From an uncultured Planctomycetales bacterium (GTDB taxonomy: Bacteria; Omnitrophota; Gorgyraeia; Zapsychrales; Fredricksoniimonadaceae), in NCBI GenBank assembly GCA_964643325.1, contig CAZXSE010000003.1, positions 13,960 through 77,959 of the forward strand: a DNA stretch of 64,000 bases, given 5' to 3'. How positions within the stretch are numbered: position 1 is the stretch's first letter; each line of letters opens with the position of its first letter. Shown here in pieces: positions 8,804 through 17,348 of the stretch. Both the position numbers and the translations under genes were made by a program. A model generated the notes under the pieces. It searched no databases. It was given only the letters and a program-made list of their open reading frames with translations, and was not told the DNA's origin.

Positions 8804-10312
8804 TTATCCTTTTTCTATCTCGATCCGCGGAAAAAGCGGCGGATGCGTTTCAAGTTTTGTTCCTGCCTTCAACCCGCCCCAGACCAATCCCGTTGCCTGC
8901 GCGCCGAGGATCTCCAGCACCCGTTGTGCTTTTTGCGGCATGACCGCCCGCAACAGGACCGCGCTCAATCGCAATGCTTCTGTCGCGACATAAAGCACGC
9001 GGCCCGCGCCCGCAAGGTCTGTCTTGGCCAGCTTCCACGGCGCCTGGACTTCCATATACTTGTTAACGGCGCGGATCAGGTCCATGATCTCATTGATCGC
9101 TCCGTCCACTTTATACTCTCGCAAAAACTCCTGCACCTTACCGCCCAGCGCGGCCCCGCGGGCCTCGATATCCTTATCCTGCGCCGACAACTCGCCCGGC
9201 GCCGGGACAATGCCGTCAAAATACTTCCCGATCAGGCCCGACACGCGATTGAGCAGATTGCCGAAATCATTCGCCAGGTCGCTGTTATAACGTTTGATGA
9301 AATTCTCCGGCGTGAAATTGCAATCCGCGCCCAGGGTCATTTCCGCCATCAGGTAGTACCGCACCGCGTCCACACCGTGCTGTTCGATCAGGTCCAGCGG
9401 CTTGACCACATTGCCCAGGGACTTTGACATCTTACTGTCCCCGATCAGCCACCAGCCGTGCGCGAAGATCGTCTCGGGCAGCGGCAAGTCCAGCGCGAAC
9501 AGCATGGTCGTCCAGTAAATGCAGTGCGTGGTCAGGATATCCTTCCCGATCAACTGAACCGACGCGGGCCACCAGCGGCGGAACCTCGCCTCATCAACAA
9601 GATACCCGGGCGCTGTGATGTAATTGATCAGCGCGTCGAACCAGACATAAGTGACATAATCGCGATCAAAGGGGATCTCGATGCCCCAATCCAGGCGCGA
9701 CTTCGGACGGGAAATGCAAAGGTCCCCGAGCGGCTGGCGCAGAAAGCCCAGCATTTCATTCTTGCGGTGTTCGGGGCGGATAAGCCCCGGATGGTCGCTG
9801 ATATACTGCAGCAGCCTGTCCTGATACTTGCTCATCCGGAAGAAATAATTCTTCTCCTTGATGGTCTTTACCTCGCGGAACTGGCCCGAGGCCGCTTCCT
9901 TCTCCGTGATGAACCGCTCTTCAGCGACGGAATAAAGGCCTTCGTACTCTTTCTGGTAGATATCGCCCTTGTCATAGACCGCCTGCAAGACCTGCTGAAC
10001 AACCTTCACGTGACGCGCTTCGGTCGTCCGGATAAAATCATCATTGCTGATCTCAAGCGTCTTCCACAAATCACTGAACCGCGGCGCCAGGTCGTCGCAA
10101 TGCGCCTGGGGCGTCATGCCGCGCTTGACGGCGGCCTGCTGGACCTTTTGCCCGTGCTCGTCAAGCCCGGTCAGAAAGAACACATCATCGCCAAGCTCCC
10201 GGTGGAACCGGGACAACACATCCGCCAGGATGGTCGTGTACGCGTGGCCGATATGCGGCGCGTCATTGACGTAATAAATGGGCGTGGTGACGTAAAACTT
10301 ATTTTTTGTCAT
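8804..10312 (-). CDS. metG: methionine--tRNA ligase
   Basis: Class I aaRS motifs HIGHAYT and KMSKSLGN. N-terminus FYVTTPIYYVNDAPHIGH. Confidence 0.95.
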   Translation of the reverse strand: MTKNKFYVTTPIYYVNDAPHIGHAYTTILADVLSRFHRELGDDVFFLTGLDEHGQKVQQAAVKRGMTPQAHCDDLAPRFSDLWKTLEISNDDFIRTTEARHVKVVQQVLQAVYDKGDIYQKEYEGLYSVAEERFITEKEAASGQFREVKTIKEKNYFFRMSKYQDRLLQYISDHPGLIRPEHRKNEMLGFLRQPLGDLCISRPKSRLDWGIEIPFDRDYVTYVWFDALINYITAPGYLVDEARFRRWWPASVQLIGKDILTTHCIYWTTMLFALDLPLPETIFAHGWWLIGDSKMSKSLGNVVKPLDLIEQHGVDAVRYYLMAEMTLGADCNFTPENFIKRYNSDLANDFGNLLNRVSGLIGKYFDGIVPAPGELSAQDKDIEARGAALGGKVQEFLREYKVDGAINEIMDLIRAVNKYMEVQAPWKLAKTDLAGAGRVLYVATEALRLSAVLLRAVMPQKAQRVLEILGAQATGLVWGGLKAGTKLETHPPLFPRIEIEKG

Positions 10313-11138
10313 CTTTTCCTGTGTCTTTTACCGCGTCTTTTGCCGCATCCGGATGCGGGATATGCATCTTGACGATCTTACCGTCCCCGACGTCCACCTG
10401 AACAAAGCGCTTGAGGATGTCCAGGTTAATGACCTTACCCCGGCCCTCGGGCGTTTCGATCTTTCCGCCCATCTTCGGCAGCCCCTTGTTGAGCTCCTTG
10501 TACACATTGAACTCGTAAGCCATGCAGCACTTAATGCGGCCGCACACGCCGGAGATCTTCGATGGATTCAGCGGCAGCGCCTGCTCTTTTGCCATCTTGA
10601 TGGAAAGCTGGCTGAAATCCTTGATGAACGAGGCGCAGCATAAATGCTGGCCGCACACGCCGTAGCCCTCGATCATCTTGGCGCGGTCGCGCACGCCGAT
10701 CTGCTTGAGCTCAATGCGGACGCGAAAGACCTTCGCAAGCTCCTTGATCAGGTCGCGAAAATCCACACGCCCCTCGGCCGTGAAATAAAAAATAACCTTC
10801 GACCCGTCGAACGAATGCTCGCTACTGAGCATGTTCATGTCGAGCTTAAGTTCGTTGATCTTGCTGATGCACACATGCAACGCGTCCTTGGACTTGGTGC
10901 GGTTGTGTTCGATCTGGCGCATGTCCTGCTCCGTCGCCTGGCGCAAAACCTTGCCGGAAGCAAAGAACTTCTTCTCGGACTCGTTCTTGGGGATGATGAG
11001 CGATGTCACGCGCGCGAATTCCGTTCCGCGCTCGACCTCCACGATCACGCGATCGCCGCGGCGGCATGGCACATCCCGGTCATCCACATAAATGGCCGGA
11101 CGGTATTCGCCGAGCCGGACCTGTATCAGTTTTCCCAT
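10299..11138 (-). CDS. ricT: PSP1 domain protein (RicT/YaaT-like)
   Basis: PSP1 C-terminal pattern with Cys cluster GVCGQHLCCASF...GVCGRIKCCMAYE. It sits directly after holB, as in Bacillus. Confidence 0.8.
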   Translation of the reverse strand: MGKLIQVRLGEYRPAIYVDDRDVPCRRGDRVIVEVERGTEFARVTSLIIPKNESEKKFFASGKVLRQATEQDMRQIEHNRTKSKDALHVCISKINELKLDMNMLSSEHSFDGSKVIFYFTAEGRVDFRDLIKELAKVFRVRIELKQIGVRDRAKMIEGYGVCGQHLCCASFIKDFSQLSIKMAKEQALPLNPSKISGVCGRIKCCMAYEFNVYKELNKGLPKMGGKIETPEGRGKVINLDILKRFVQVDVGDGKIVKMHIPHPDAAKDAVKDTGKDDKK

Positions 11139-11151
11139 AACGCGTCCTCTC

Positions 11152-12126
11152 TTAATTCATCAGGTCCCTGACAACCGTCAGGACGACCTTCACATTTTGA
11201 TTTCCGTCCACACGCCTGATCGCGTCCGTGACACGGTCCACATGAGCGCTTAATTCCTGCGGCGTCCAGCGTGCCGTAAAGCGCTCGATCTCCGGGCGGC
11301 GGTCGCAATTCACTGCCTTGTCCGCGGCTCCGGACTTGATCAACAGCGCGTCGCGCAATACCATCAGGACCACGTGCAGCGCCTCGCGCGCGCGCTCCCG
11401 GGCCTGCTCACGCTCGCCCCCGACAACTTTCAAGAACTGCTCCGTATCGCCCGGCCCCAGGAACGCGTCCAGCACCGTACGCCGGCGCAAAAGAAAATCC
11501 TCACCGAGCTCAACGGCGCGCCCGGGGCTGCCTTGCCCGAACGCGGCCAGAACAATGGCATCATCCATGGCCGACCCGTTCTGTTCCCGCAACGACCGCG
11601 CCAGCGACGCGGTTGACATGGCCGGGAACCGCACCATCTGGCACCGCGAACGGATCGTGCCCAGCAGCGCATCCGGCGTGGATGTTGTCAGGACCAGCAC
11701 CGTGCCCGGCCGCGGCTCCTCAAGCGTTTTCAGGAAAGCATTGGCCGCTTCGGGATTGATCGATTCCGCGTCCTGAATGATGGCGAACTTCACGCGCGCT
11801 TCCAGGGCGCGGAACTCAAGCCGCCCGATGACCGCCCGGACCTGATCGATGCTGATGCCCGCCTTATCGCCGGGCTTTTGCACAAGAACAACATCCGGAT
11901 GATTCCCGCCGGCGATCCTGCGGCATGACGCGCAGTCGCACGCCGCCGGATCAGGCCCGCCTTGAAGGCAATTGACCCGCTGCGCCAGCGCCAGCGCGGT
12001 CTCATGCTTACCGATGCCTTTGGGCCCGGTAAAAAGATACGCGTGCGCCAGCTTACCGGCGGCGTAAAGGCCGGCCAATGACGCAAGGATATCCTTGTTC
12101 ACAAGATCTTCTCCACGGCCCGGCAA
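11152..12126 (-). CDS. holB: DNA polymerase III subunit delta'
   Basis: HAYLFTGPKGIGK Walker-like motif and a CxxC zinc module (CDCASC). An alternative GTG start at 12102 would overlap the tmk stop (GTGA). Confidence 0.8.
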   Translation of the reverse strand: MPGRGEDLVNKDILASLAGLYAAGKLAHAYLFTGPKGIGKHETALALAQRVNCLQGGPDPAACDCASCRRIAGGNHPDVVLVQKPGDKAGISIDQVRAVIGRLEFRALEARVKFAIIQDAESINPEAANAFLKTLEEPRPGTVLVLTTSTPDALLGTIRSRCQMVRFPAMSTASLARSLREQNGSAMDDAIVLAAFGQGSPGRAVELGEDFLLRRRTVLDAFLGPGDTEQFLKVVGGEREQARERAREALHVVLMVLRDALLIKSGAADKAVNCDRRPEIERFTARWTPQELSAHVDRVTDAIRRVDGNQNVKVVLTVVRDLMN

Positions 12127-12716
12127 ATATCCGCAAAATTCTCTTCCTTGCTCCGGGCGCCATTGATCGTGATCACCCTTGTGGGCTCGGCCTTGGCAAT
12201 GGCATGATAGCCCGCCCGCACCCGTTCGTGATATTGAACAGAGCGCAGTTCAATGCGGTCGCGTTCAGTCCCCCGACGGCGCAGCCCCTCTTGCGTATCC
12301 AGGTCCAGGAAGAACGTCACATCCGGCCGTATCCCCTTGGTCGCAAAAAGCCCCATTGCCTTGATCACATCAACAGGCACGCCGCAGCCGTAACCCTGGT
12401 ATGCCACCGTTGAATCAAGGAACCTGTCGCAGATCAGCACTGTGCCTTTCGCCAGTTCGGGGATCACGATCTCCTCGACGAGCTGGGCGCGCGCGGCCAT
12501 ATAAAGCAGTGTTTCACATTCCTGGTTCATGGCCGTATTCTTCACATCCAGCAGGATGGCGCGCACCTGCTCGCTGATCGCCACACCGCCCGGCTCACGG
12601 ATCAATTTTGCCGCCACGCCGCGGGCCGTCAGATGGTCCAGCAAAAGTTTCGCGTGCGTGCTCTTGCCGCAGCCTTCAGATCCCTCGAATGTGATGAACT
12701 TTCCCTTCAACGCCAT
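12099..12716 (-). CDS. tmk: thymidylate kinase
   Basis: FITFEGSEGCGKST P-loop and DRF..S..AYQG motif. Confidence 0.9.
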   Translation of the reverse strand: MALKGKFITFEGSEGCGKSTHAKLLLDHLTARGVAAKLIREPGGVAISEQVRAILLDVKNTAMNQECETLLYMAARAQLVEEIVIPELAKGTVLICDRFLDSTVAYQGYGCGVPVDVIKAMGLFATKGIRPDVTFFLDLDTQEGLRRRGTERDRIELRSVQYHERVRAGYHAIAKAEPTRVITINGARSKEENFADICRAVEKIL

Positions 12717-12719
12717 AAA

Positions 12720-14117
12720 TTATCCCCGCCGCCAGCTCTGGCCGGCTTTTCCGTCCTCGACGATAATACCGCGCGCTTTCAGCGCGTCGCGCAAAGCATC
12801 CGAACGCGCCCAGTCCTTCTCCTTGCGCGCCTGTGCCCGTTCATTCAACAAGGCTTCATCATCTGCCGTAAGCCCGGCCGGCGCATCTTCAAGCGTAAGC
12901 CCAAAGATCCCCTCGAGGACCTCGCGCAGGAATTTCCCGGCCAGATGAACGCTGCCTTCAAAATAATCATCCTGTTTTCCATCATCAATGAAGCGGTTCA
13001 CCGCGCTCACAAGGTCAAAGATATGCCCCAGCGCCAGCGCCGTATTGAAATCCGCGTCGAGCGCCGCAATGATCTTTTCCTTGGCATCCAGAAGGAACTC
13101 GACCTCATCCATGGCCACCGCGAGCTTTGGCTGCGGCACGGCCTTGATCTTGGCAACAAGGTTCCTGAAGCGCGTAATGCCCTTTTCCATGTCGGCCAGC
13201 TTTTCTTCAGTGTAATCGATAGAGCTGGCATAATGCGTCGATAAAAAGAACAGCTTCATGGCGCCGGTCGAATGCTTTTTCAGCGCGTCCTGCACGGTAA
13301 TGAAATTGCCGAGCGACTTGGCCATCTTTTGCCCGCCGATGGTCAAGAGCCCGTGATGGATCCATGTCTTCGCAAAAACCTTGCCGGTCAGCGCTTCGGC
13401 CTGCGCGATCTCGTTCTCGTGATGCGGAAAAATAAGGTCGCGCCCGCCGGCATGGATATCAAGCGTCTCCGTACCCAGATGCTTGATGCTCATGCAGGAA
13501 CATTCAATGTGCCAGCCCGGCCGGCCATTACCCCACGGGCTAGGCCACGACGGCTCACCCGGCTTGGCCTTCTTCCACAAGGCAAAATCCAGAGGATCCT
13601 CTTTCTTCTCGTCCTTATCGATGCGCACGCCCTCGCGCATCTTATCCACGCTCTGCCCGGAAAGTTTCCCATAATCCGGGAACGAGCGCACGCGAAAATA
13701 AACATCGCCATCCACGGCATACGCGTGGGTTTTCGCGATCAACCCCTCGATATGGGCGATCATCAGCGGAATATTCTCCGTCGCGCGCGGCTCAATGTCC
13801 GCGCGGCCGATGCCCATGTCCGCCATGTCCTTGTGGTAAAGGTCAATATTCTCGCTGACAACAGCCTCAAAGGTCTTGCCCGTCTGCTGGGCCTTCGCAA
13901 TGATCTTGTCGTCCACATCCGTGATGTTGCGCACGAACTTCACGTCATAACCGCGATAGCGCAGATATTTCACCAGGCTGTCAAACGTATAGAGCGAACG
14001 GGCATGGCCGATATGACACTTGTCATACACCGTCACCCCGCACGAATACATGTTGATCCTCGCCGGAGCGTTCGGCAATGCCTGCCGGTCTTTTGTAAGT
14101 GAATTGTATAATTCCAT
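12720..14117 (-). CDS. cysS: cysteine--tRNA ligase
   Basis: HIGHARS and KMAKSLGN class I motifs. SD AGAGGG lies upstream of the ATG at 14117. Confidence 0.95.
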   Translation of the reverse strand: MELYNSLTKDRQALPNAPARINMYSCGVTVYDKCHIGHARSLYTFDSLVKYLRYRGYDVKFVRNITDVDDKIIAKAQQTGKTFEAVVSENIDLYHKDMADMGIGRADIEPRATENIPLMIAHIEGLIAKTHAYAVDGDVYFRVRSFPDYGKLSGQSVDKMREGVRIDKDEKKEDPLDFALWKKAKPGEPSWPSPWGNGRPGWHIECSCMSIKHLGTETLDIHAGGRDLIFPHHENEIAQAEALTGKVFAKTWIHHGLLTIGGQKMAKSLGNFITVQDALKKHSTGAMKLFFLSTHYASSIDYTEEKLADMEKGITRFRNLVAKIKAVPQPKLAVAMDEVEFLLDAKEKIIAALDADFNTALALGHIFDLVSAVNRFIDDGKQDDYFEGSVHLAGKFLREVLEGIFGLTLEDAPAGLTADDEALLNERAQARKEKDWARSDALRDALKARGIIVEDGKAGQSWRRG

Positions 14118-14141
14118 GAAACCCTCTTCTTACTGATTAAC

Positions 14142-14157
14142 AGCGCGCGTATCAGCC
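14142..14157. repeat. 16-nt exact direct repeat AGCGCGCGTATCAGCC (partner at 14370-14385)
   Basis: The identical 16-mer was read at both positions. Related GCGCGC-N-(T)CAG(Y)C(C) motifs start at 14178, 14203 and 14319, and one lies inverted at 14476-14492. Confidence 0.9.
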
Positions 14158-14217
14158 TTGGCCATATGTCCCAAGTAGCGCGCCTTTATCAGTCTCGCTC
14201 ACGCGCGCCTTTCCATT

Positions 14218-14312
14218 GGCCTGCGGTGTGTTTCGCCGCTCAACAGAGAGCGTCTTTTTCCGGAATAACGGTAAGCCGCTCTCTAATTCGCGGCTTAAAC
14301 ACACCGCAAGCC
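14218..14312. repeat. long nested-hairpin repeat, copy A (inverted relative to copies B and C)
   Basis: Outer stem GGCCTGCGGTGTGTTT/AAACACACCGCAAGCC, a 5-bp stem GCCGC/GCGGC and an inner stem AGAGAGCG/CGCTCTCT. The reverse complement aligns with copy C through GCCGCGAATTAGAGA...TCTCTG.TGAGCGGCG. Confidence 0.8.
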
Positions 14313-14369
14313 ACTGCGGCGCGCTATCCATGATCAGTGCCGGCCGACAATGAAAATCCTCTTCTGCAA

Positions 14370-14492
14370 AGCGCGCGTATCAGCCGAAGGCATGTTTTTG
14401 CAGCGCATTCAGAGACCGGCTTACAATAATACCTTTAGAAAAAGACGGTCTCTGCGCGCTAAAAAACATGCCGAGGCTGATAGAAAGCGCGC
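14370..14492. repeat. long nested-hairpin repeat, copy B (abuts cysE stop codon)
   Basis: Nested stems are GCGCGC.TATCAGCC/GGCTGATA.GCGCGC, GGCATGTTTTT/AAAAACATGCC, AGCGC/GCGCT and AGAGACCG/CGGTCTCT. The apical loop is GCTTACAATAATACCTTTAGAAAAAGA. Confidence 0.8.
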
Positions 14493-15157
14493 TACTTAAA
14501 CTTTTTCTCAAGCTCTTCGAGTCGCCTGGTCAACGCATCAATGTCCTGCGTCACCGGATCAAGGATCTGCGCGTGCGCCAGCTTCTGGTCGATCTTTTCC
14601 CCGTCCTGCCTGGTCACATGCCCGGGCACGCCGACGACCGTCGTGTTCGCGGGAACGCTCTTAAGAACGACCGCGTTCGCGCCGATATAAGAATTACTGC
14701 CGATCTCGATATTGCCCAGGATCTTCGCGCCCGCGCCGACAACGATATTATCGCCCAGCGTCGGATGACGCTTGCCGGTCTCTTTTCCCGTACCGCCAAG
14801 GGTCACGCCTTGATATAACAATACATTATCCCCGACGATCGCGGTCTCGCCGATCACCACCCCCATGCCATGGTCGATAAAAAGTCCCTTGCCAATGGTC
14901 GCGCCCGGATGGATCTCGATGCCGGTCAGAAAGCGCGCCAGCTGCGAAAGGGCGCGCGGGATGAGCGGCAGCTTCCATCTCCAAAGTCCGTGCGCCATGC
15001 GATGCAGGACGATCGCGTGAAGCCCGGAATACAGGAACAGGACCTCAAATGTATTCGTCGCCGCCGGGTCGCGCTCCTGCACACCCTTGACCTCCTGATG
15101 AAAAAACACCAGCATGATCGCGAAGAATATGATCAGTACCCATAAAATGAACATCAT
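14492..15157 (-). CDS. cysE: serine O-acetyltransferase
   Basis: [20 protein letters not shown] motif and hexapeptide repeats ([22 protein letters not shown]...). A strong SD (TAAGGAGAG) precedes the ATG at 15157, giving a 14-aa hydrophobic N-terminal extension. Confidence 0.9.
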   Translation of the reverse strand: MMFILWVLIIFFAIMLVFFHQEVKGVQERDPAATNTFEVLFLYSGLHAIVLHRMAHGLWRWKLPLIPRALSQLARFLTGIEIHPGATIGKGLFIDHGMGVVIGETAIVGDNVLLYQGVTLGGTGKETGKRHPTLGDNIVVGAGAKILGNIEIGSNSYIGANAVVLKSVPANTTVVGVPGHVTRQDGEKIDQKLAHAQILDPVTQDIDALTRRLEELEKKFK

Positions 15158-15167
15158 AGAACTCTCC

Positions 15168-15659
15168 TTACGCTTTTCTCAAAGACGCGATCGCATACGC
15201 GGCCATGCCCTGTTTGGCTCCTACAAAACCCAGGCCTTCTCCCGTCGTGGCTTTGACATTCACGCGCGCCTGGTTCATATTCAGGGCCCGCGCGATGTTC
15301 GCGCGCATCCGCTCCTTATACGGCATGATCTTCGGCTCTTCGGCCAAAAGAACAATATCCACGTTCACGACCGCGAATCTCTTCTTCACGAGCAAGGCCC
15401 TGACCTGCTCTAACAGGGAAATACTGGAAGCGCCTTTATACTTCGGGCTTGTATTGGGAAAAAGTTCCCCGATATCGCCCAGCCCCGCCGCACCCAGGAG
15501 CGCGTCCATAGCTGCGTGCACGATGACATCCGCGTCCGAATGGCCTTTCAAGCCCTTCGCATGCGGCACGCACACGCCGCCGAGGATGAGCTTACGTCCC
15601 CTGACCAGCTGATGAACATCGTAACCGATGCCCGCATAATACCCTTTGGGTAATGACAT
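15168..15659 (-). CDS. ispF: 2-C-methyl-D-erythritol 2,4-cyclodiphosphate synthase
   Basis: GIGYDVHQL and GHSDADV motifs, 163 aa. Confidence 0.9.
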   Translation of the reverse strand: MSLPKGYYAGIGYDVHQLVRGRKLILGGVCVPHAKGLKGHSDADVIVHAAMDALLGAAGLGDIGELFPNTSPKYKGASSISLLEQVRALLVKKRFAVVNVDIVLLAEEPKIMPYKERMRANIARALNMNQARVNVKATTGEGLGFVGAKQGMAAYAIASLRKA

Positions 15660-15681
15660 ATTCCCTCTCCAAGGAACTTCT

Positions 15682-16347
15682 TTATTTCAAAAATACCCGC
15701 GCCGTCAAAAGATCCTCCGGCGTTGTGATCTTGATATTCGTGTATGCCCCCATAAAAACATTCACCTTCGCACCCATCCGCTCGACGAGCGCCGCGTCAT
15801 CGCTCGCGCCCTGCGTGTCCTCCCGGTAGGCGCGCTCCAGCAAGGGCCGCGAAAAAACCTGCGGCGTCTGCACCTCCCACAAGAGGGACCGGTCAAATGT
15901 CTCGGTCACTGTCATGGCTGCGGGATCCACCGCCTTGATCGTGGGCTTGACCGGCACAGCCGCGATCGCAGCCCCTGTCGCCTTGACCGCCTCAAGCCCG
16001 GCCGTAATGATCTCCGGTGTGACCAGGGGCCTCACTCCGTCGTGAACAATGACCACCCTCGCCTCCGGCGGCAAAAGCGCCAGGGCATTACGCACGGAAC
16101 CGGTGCGCGTATCAGCGCCCGCGACAACGGCTTTCACTTTCGTAAACCCGCGCGCGATCTTTTCATGATCGCCCTGCCAATCACGATGCACCACAAGAAC
16201 AATGCCGTCAACCGCCGGGCATTCCTGAAAAACACCCAGCGTGCGCGCGATCACAGGCGCCCCGCCAAGCTCAGCCAGTGGCTTCGGCATTGCCCCGCCA
16301 AAACGCGCGCCCGTGCCCGCCGCCGGGATAATGGCCCAGACGCTCAC
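15682..16347 (-). CDS. ispD: 2-C-methyl-D-erythritol 4-phosphate cytidylyltransferase
   Basis: IIPAAGTGARFG N-terminal motif, 221 aa, adjacent to ispF. Confidence 0.9.
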   Translation of the reverse strand: MSVWAIIPAAGTGARFGGAMPKPLAELGGAPVIARTLGVFQECPAVDGIVLVVHRDWQGDHEKIARGFTKVKAVVAGADTRTGSVRNALALLPPEARVVIVHDGVRPLVTPEIITAGLEAVKATGAAIAAVPVKPTIKAVDPAAMTVTETFDRSLLWEVQTPQVFSRPLLERAYREDTQGASDDAALVERMGAKVNVFMGAYTNIKITTPEDLLTARVFLK

Positions 16348-17330
16348 CGGCCACCTGTTTTCCCAAAGATCATCCGCCCCGCCTGCGTCTGCAGGACCGA
16401 GGTCACGCTGACCTTGACCTTCTGGCCGACATGACGCCGCCCCTCGGAGACCACGACCATGGTCCCGTCCTCAAGATACCCAATGCCCTGATGCTCTTCC
16501 TTGCCTTCCTTGACGATCTGGATGTCCAGCTCCTCGCCCGCGAAGACCACAGGCTTAACAGCATTGACCAGGTCATTGACATTGATGATGTCCACTCCCT
16601 GGATGCCGGCCATGCGCCCCAGGTTGAAATCCGTCGTGCAAAGCCGCGCTTCCAGCATCTTGGCAAGCTTCACCAGCTGCAGGTCCACAGGCCCTCCTTC
16701 ATTGCCCAGATCATCCTCCTGGACCCGGATATCGACCAGCGTGTCCTTCTGCATGATACGCAGGATCTCTAATCCCCGGCGCCCCCTTTGGCGCTTGAGA
16801 TCATCCTCGGAATCCGCGAGCCGCTGCAATTCATGAAGGACAAAGCGCGGCACGACCAGCCTTCCGGCCAAAAAATGCGTCCTGTAAACATCGAATACGC
16901 GCCCGTCGATAATAGCGCTCGTATCCAGGATGATAACACCGTCTTTGACATCGGTCCGGCGGAAGCGGACATACGGGATGATCAGGTTGAACTCGTCCTT
17001 GCCGCGCATGGCAATGACCGCCCCGAGATAAGAGAATATCAGCGTCAAAACGACCCGGAACGCCGACAGGGCCCCCGGCTCCATGGGGACAAGGGCGATC
17101 GTATCCGCCACGAGCTTGGCCATGATAATACCGAACAAAAGGCCGAAAACAACGGACGAGAGCCCGCGCACGGAAACGCGCTTCATCGAGATCTCGATGA
17201 GGATCAGGAAAAGGCCTCCTGCCAGGGCGACGAGGACCCCGAGCAGGTCCTGATTGTAAATATTTCCCACCAGAAAACCGACCACCGCGCTCAACACCAG
17301 AAAAAAGATACGGATGAACAATAACGTCAT
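16344..17330 (-). CDS. yacL: membrane-anchored PIN/TRAM domain protein (YacL-like)
   Basis: N-terminal TM helices, then a PIN-like segment (IILDTSAIIDGR...VVPRFVLHELQ) and a C-terminal TRAM-like segment (KVKVSVTSVLQTQAGRMIFGK). Confidence 0.8.
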   Translation of the reverse strand: MTLLFIRIFFLVLSAVVGFLVGNIYNQDLLGVLVALAGGLFLILIEISMKRVSVRGLSSVVFGLLFGIIMAKLVADTIALVPMEPGALSAFRVVLTLIFSYLGAVIAMRGKDEFNLIIPYVRFRRTDVKDGVIILDTSAIIDGRVFDVYRTHFLAGRLVVPRFVLHELQRLADSEDDLKRQRGRRGLEILRIMQKDTLVDIRVQEDDLGNEGGPVDLQLVKLAKMLEARLCTTDFNLGRMAGIQGVDIINVNDLVNAVKPVVFAGEELDIQIVKEGKEEHQGIGYLEDGTMVVVSEGRRHVGQKVKVSVTSVLQTQAGRMIFGKTGGR

Positions 17331-17348
17331 AAAGCCTCCTGACCGGTC

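Noticed and set aside
14152-14331. A 59-codon minus-strand ORF (MDSAPQWLAVCLSRELESG...) running through hairpin copy A.
   Set aside because: It has no SD and consists of palindromic repeat sequence. A similar frame is not preserved in copies B or C.
14118-14491. A T-box leader, riboswitch or CRISPR array in the cysE-cysS spacer.
   Set aside because: No T-box consensus (AGGGTGGNACCGCG-like) or specifier/antiterminator layout is present. The repeats are not regularly spaced direct repeats with unique spacers, and I recognised no known riboswitch core.
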